This document shows, piece by piece, positions 40,234-43,522 of a stretch of 43,522 nt of DNA. The DNA is from Promethearchaeota archaeon. GTDB taxonomy: Archaea > Asgardarchaeota > Lokiarchaeia > Sigyniarchaeales > SOKP01. The stretch lies in assembly GCA_048938445.1 (NCBI GenBank), contig JBHLME010000022.1, positions 1 to 43,522 on the forward strand, in the 5' to 3' direction. The translations under genes and the position numbers were made by a program. The notes beneath the pieces are model-generated. The model searched no databases, was not told the DNA's origin, and saw nothing but the letters and a program-made list of their open reading frames with translations. Numbering within the stretch: the first letter of the stretch is position 1; every line of letters begins with the position of its first letter.

Positions 40234-40425
40234 ATGGAAAATGTAGTTACGTCAAAAACAATCGAACAAACAGAGGAAATCAACAAGATCTATTGTGCAA
40301 AATGCGAAAAAGAATTAATCGATGGGGAAATTGATGATGCCTTTAAAATTACAATGGGATTGATTATAAAAAACGATTTTTTCTCGGCAGCTAAAACTGT
40401 TTATTATCATCGAGAATGTCTCTAA
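40234..40425 (+). CDS. Small zinc-finger protein (CxxC...HxxC)
   Basis: YCAKCEKEL...YYHRECL; SD GAGGGGT upstream. Confidence 0.75.
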   Translation: MENVVTSKTIEQTEEINKIYCAKCEKELIDGEIDDAFKITMGLIIKNDFFSAAKTVYYHRECL

Positions 40426-40692
40426 TTTCACAATCTCTTCAATATTAAATAAAATTATAATCTATTAATGTTAATAACTTAAATTTCTCTCATATTAGAG
40501 AGTGAGTCTTAACAGAATATATTACACTGATACAACTTCTCATTAACTTTTAGTTTTAGAAATATTTGAATGCATTGTCATAAATGTTTTTATATTAACA
40601 TTGATTGATGAAAATATTTTATACAAACGTGTATATTCAACTAGTAATTAAATTCAAAAATATTATAATTACACAATTTTAACTTATTAAAT

Positions 40693-41457
40693 ATGTCCCC
40701 TGAAGAAAATAGATGTGAAAACTGTGGTAGGATCGCAGAAAAAGAAGATAAATATTGTATGGGATGTGGTGCTGAAATAAAACCAATTAAAACGACTGCA
40801 ACTGATATTGAAGCTAAACCTCGCTCTTTAATTTCTGAAAATTATAATAAGCTTAAAAATCTGAAACCAGGTTTCAAAGTGCTAATATTTTTTATCATAG
40901 TTACAATTGCAGATTTAATAACATCTTTAATAGTCACGGTGAGTGCAGGTCTACCTCTAGAGGCTTATTGGATTCTATTTTTTGGACTCTATATATTATT
41001 TTTAATTATTGGAGGTATAATCTTTCGTGCAGTTTCGGTTTCAGATTATAAGAACCATTTAGCTAAAGGAATTGGTTATATGATTCTTGCGGTAATGATC
41101 ATAGTGATAATTGTGTTACCTATCTATTTACTTGCCATTTTCCCATCTATCTTAGGATCAATTTCTATATCAATGCCTACACCACCATGGCTTCAGGCAA
41201 TCTTAGATCAGATAAATAATGCCATAGGTCAAGCCATGTATGGACTTTTAAGAATTATATTTTATCCATTCGTTGCTATGTTTGAAGGTATCGGTCAACA
41301 AATTAGTCAATCAGTAGAGCAAAGTTTAGATGATATAGAAGTTCCCGGTTTTGAACCCATTCTCCTGCTCTCCGTTTTTGTGGTAATATCAATAATAATC
41401 ATTTATAAATATCATTTAAATGTAAAAAAGTCATGTAATAATTCTAAATCAATTTAA
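40693..41457 (+). CDS. Zinc-ribbon membrane protein with PGF/Loki-CTERM-like tail
   Basis: CENCG...YCMGCG, three TM helices, then VPGF + TM helix + basic residues. Confidence 0.75.
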   Translation: MSPEENRCENCGRIAEKEDKYCMGCGAEIKPIKTTATDIEAKPRSLISENYNKLKNLKPGFKVLIFFIIVTIADLITSLIVTVSAGLPLEAYWILFFGLYILFLIIGGIIFRAVSVSDYKNHLAKGIGYMILAVMIIVIIVLPIYLLAIFPSILGSISISMPTPPWLQAILDQINNAIGQAMYGLLRIIFYPFVAMFEGIGQQISQSVEQSLDDIEVPGFEPILLLSVFVVISIIIIYKYHLNVKKSCNNSKSI

Positions 41458-41539
41458 ATGGGATTCATATTTGATTAAATCAATAAAAAGATAAATTAAA
41501 CAACTAAAATTAGGTCTGATCAAAATAATAAAAGAGAGG

Positions 41540-41785
41540 TTAGATAATTTTTTTTGCTTTAAGGAATGATTCGACTTTCTCAGGAGAAGAATTAAATAAT
41601 TCAGCGATAACCATAAAGCATATGGCTTTATCCATTCCCATACCTGAATAATCCTTGAAAAGAGTAATCCACGTTTCATTCTTTTCATATTCTTCTGGAT
41701 GTGCAGATTGTACATGGGCCCAATAGGGATGTTTTAATAAAACGCCACAATACGGACATTTTCGCGCTCCTTCCATGTTATTCAC
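41540..41785 (-). CDS. Small C2H2 zinc-finger protein
   Basis: CPYCG...YWAHVQSAHP followed by a helical, HTH-like C-terminus. Confidence 0.75.
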   Translation of the reverse strand: MNNMEGARKCPYCGVLLKHPYWAHVQSAHPEEYEKNETWITLFKDYSGMGMDKAICFMVIAELFNSSPEKVESFLKAKKII

Positions 41786-42136
41786 AACTTTATAAATTTA
41801 CTAAAATAGTGGTATAAATCATATATATATATCATTTCAATAATAATCTTTGTTTAAAAATTTAGTTTTTATATGAAATTGCAATTTAATTCCAGTATTT
41901 AACTTCTTTTATTAAAATCAAAAAAAAAACTTAGGCTTTTAAATGAAAGAGGATTCAACACGATATATTTATAAACCTTACTTTTCTTTATCATTATCAT
42001 ATATATAATCCAAAAAGGAAAAATATAAAATTCAATAGAAATTAAGATAAGGTAAAGATAATATTTTTATTATTTTTACCTGAAAGGCATAATCGCTGTC
42101 AAATAATCTTAAATTAAAAGTCAACAAAATATTGAA

Positions 42137-42961
42137 ATGAATGCAATTGTAAAATCATTTAATCGAGTATTTTCAGAAAAAAAAAGAGAGATAGCTATAT
42201 TAAGTAAAGATAATACATTTATCGATAAAGATATCCTTATTTCAATAATAATTCCATTATATAATGAAGAACATTCCATAATAAAGGTCCTAAACAGAAT
42301 TCCTAATCATCATCGCTATGAAATCATCATTGTTGATGATGGTTCCACAGACAATAGTGTTAATAAAATAAAAAAAATCAATGATAAAAATATTAAAATC
42401 ATAAAACATTACGAAAATAGAGGGTATGGAGCAGCACTTAAAACTGGAATCACTCATGCTAATGGAGATATCATAGTCACCATGGACTCTGATGGTCAAC
42501 ACGATCCACAGGATATACATCAACTTATTAAACCGATTATAAATAATCAAGCAGATTTATGTATCGGATCAAGATATTTAGGTAAATCTGATTATAAAGT
42601 CCCTGTTTATACTCGCATAGGTGAATTATTCATTAAGGTCATTCTTTGGACTTTATTTAATCAAAAAGTTGGGAATAATCAAAATGGCTTTAGAGCTTTT
42701 AAGAAAGAATTGATTGATACATTTATAAGCATTAAAAATATAGGAATGGGCTTTACAACCGAATTATTATTTGAGTTTGCATTTCAAGGATTCAGAATTA
42801 CTGAAATTCCTATTAATTTGCAAAAAAGAGCACATGGAAGATCAAATGTCAATTTAGTAATGATATTTCGATCCTTATTCTCTTGTATCTTTATATATTT
42901 ATTAAAAAAAATTCAAATTAATAATAGGATAATTAAAACAATAGAAAAGGTTATATATTAA
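42137..42961 (+). CDS. GT2 glycosyltransferase, polyprenol-phosphate glycosyltransferase (DPM1-like)
   Basis: SIIIPLYNEE, VDDGSTD, NRGYGAA, MDSDGQH, IGSR, GFRAF. Confidence 0.9.
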   Translation: MNAIVKSFNRVFSEKKREIAILSKDNTFIDKDILISIIIPLYNEEHSIIKVLNRIPNHHRYEIIIVDDGSTDNSVNKIKKINDKNIKIIKHYENRGYGAALKTGITHANGDIIVTMDSDGQHDPQDIHQLIKPIINNQADLCIGSRYLGKSDYKVPVYTRIGELFIKVILWTLFNQKVGNNQNGFRAFKKELIDTFISIKNIGMGFTTELLFEFAFQGFRITEIPINLQKRAHGRSNVNLVMIFRSLFSCIFIYLLKKIQINNRIIKTIEKVIY

Positions 42962-43479
42962 CTCCATTTCTTATTTAATTCTTTCTCCATCAATTTTCTT
43001 ACTTGGTCAATGGCAAACAATACAAAAAATTGACATTTTTTTGTCCAAATTTCATTTTTTACATATTCTTCCATTCCTTTTGGTGTTCCTAAATCTATTC
43101 CACAGATATCAGCACAACTTACTGAACCATATTCTTTTTCAAAAATCGAGGCGAATTTTATTACTTTCATGTATGTATTTAGTACCTCAGATCCTTTCAT
43201 TTTATCTTTGCCTGCCATTATTACACCAATCGCAGCTATTGCTCCGCTTACAGTACCACATGGTCCTTTCCATCCTGTTTTACTTCTATATGCTCCAAAA
43301 CCACTAAATGGAACTGCAAGATTGCTAAAATAATGACTTTTAAAATCATCTAAACCCAGAACATCTAAAATGCTAGTAAAGACCAATGCAGCACAGCTAG
43401 TTCCAATTTTTTTACCTAATTCAGGCAATTTATCTTCTAATTCTGCTATTTTATTATCAAAATGTTTATTGATATCCAT
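42958..43479 (-). CDS. C-GCAxxG-C-C family putative redox-active protein
   Basis: SCA, GPCGTVSGA, YGSVSCADI and KC cysteine pattern. Start placed at ATG 43479 because the GTG at 43488 looks like the SD. Confidence 0.82.
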   Translation of the reverse strand: MDINKHFDNKIAELEDKLPELGKKIGTSCAALVFTSILDVLGLDDFKSHYFSNLAVPFSGFGAYRSKTGWKGPCGTVSGAIAAIGVIMAGKDKMKGSEVLNTYMKVIKFASIFEKEYGSVSCADICGIDLGTPKGMEEYVKNEIWTKKCQFFVLFAIDQVRKLMEKELNKKWS

Positions 43480-43522
43480 TTTAATCACTAAAATCTAAGA
43501 TTTAATCATTTTAATTAATATA

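Noticed and set aside
40086-40334. 82-aa ORF overlapping the small zinc-finger gene
   Set aside because: It runs through the candidate operator array. The 40234 ORF has an SD and a clear motif and is the better call.
794-43307. Many 60-200 aa track ORFs antisense to or nested within real genes (e.g. 2345-2815, 20469-21071, 31823-32158, 35878-36342)
   Set aside because: They overlap well-supported genes and show no family motifs, so they are best read as shadow ORFs.
1-43522. Selenoprotein (in-frame UGA) readthrough, tRNA/rRNA, CRISPR arrays, IS elements
   Set aside because: TGA-terminated genes look full length, and I saw no repeat-spacer array, cloverleaf or transposase by eye. A covariance-model search would be needed to exclude small RNAs.

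Overview
AT-rich, gene-dense archaeal window, most consistent with an Asgard archaeon (Lokiarchaeia-like). That assignment is an inference from a stand-alone longin domain, a Loki/PGF-CTERM-type tail, short MCP-like receptors, orphan PAS kinases and many lipid/acyl-CoA enzymes. I found no RNA genes, CRISPR arrays or mobile elements. The content is mostly anaerobic acyl-CoA/lipid catabolism and signalling. Five observations stand out. (1) A 2-oxoacid:ferredoxin oxidoreductase operon has a circularly permuted beta subunit, cut inside the ThDP-binding GDG...DN motif. (2) The aIF1/SUI1 gene, missed by the ORF track, has no ATG/GTG/TTG start and apparently begins at AUU; several other genes also appear to start at AUU/AUA/AUC. 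(3) A two-gene membrane sensor module (small 3-TM protein plus a related 3-TM receptor head) occurs twice in tandem, once on an MCP and once on a histidine kinase. (4) An operon interleaves two SCP2 lipid carriers with a flavoprotein/CCG oxidoreductase and a 2-hydroxyacyl-CoA dehydratase. (5) A truncated acetyl-CoA synthase-like protein is paired with a CooC-type ATPase. All family assignments come from motif recognition only; no searches were run.
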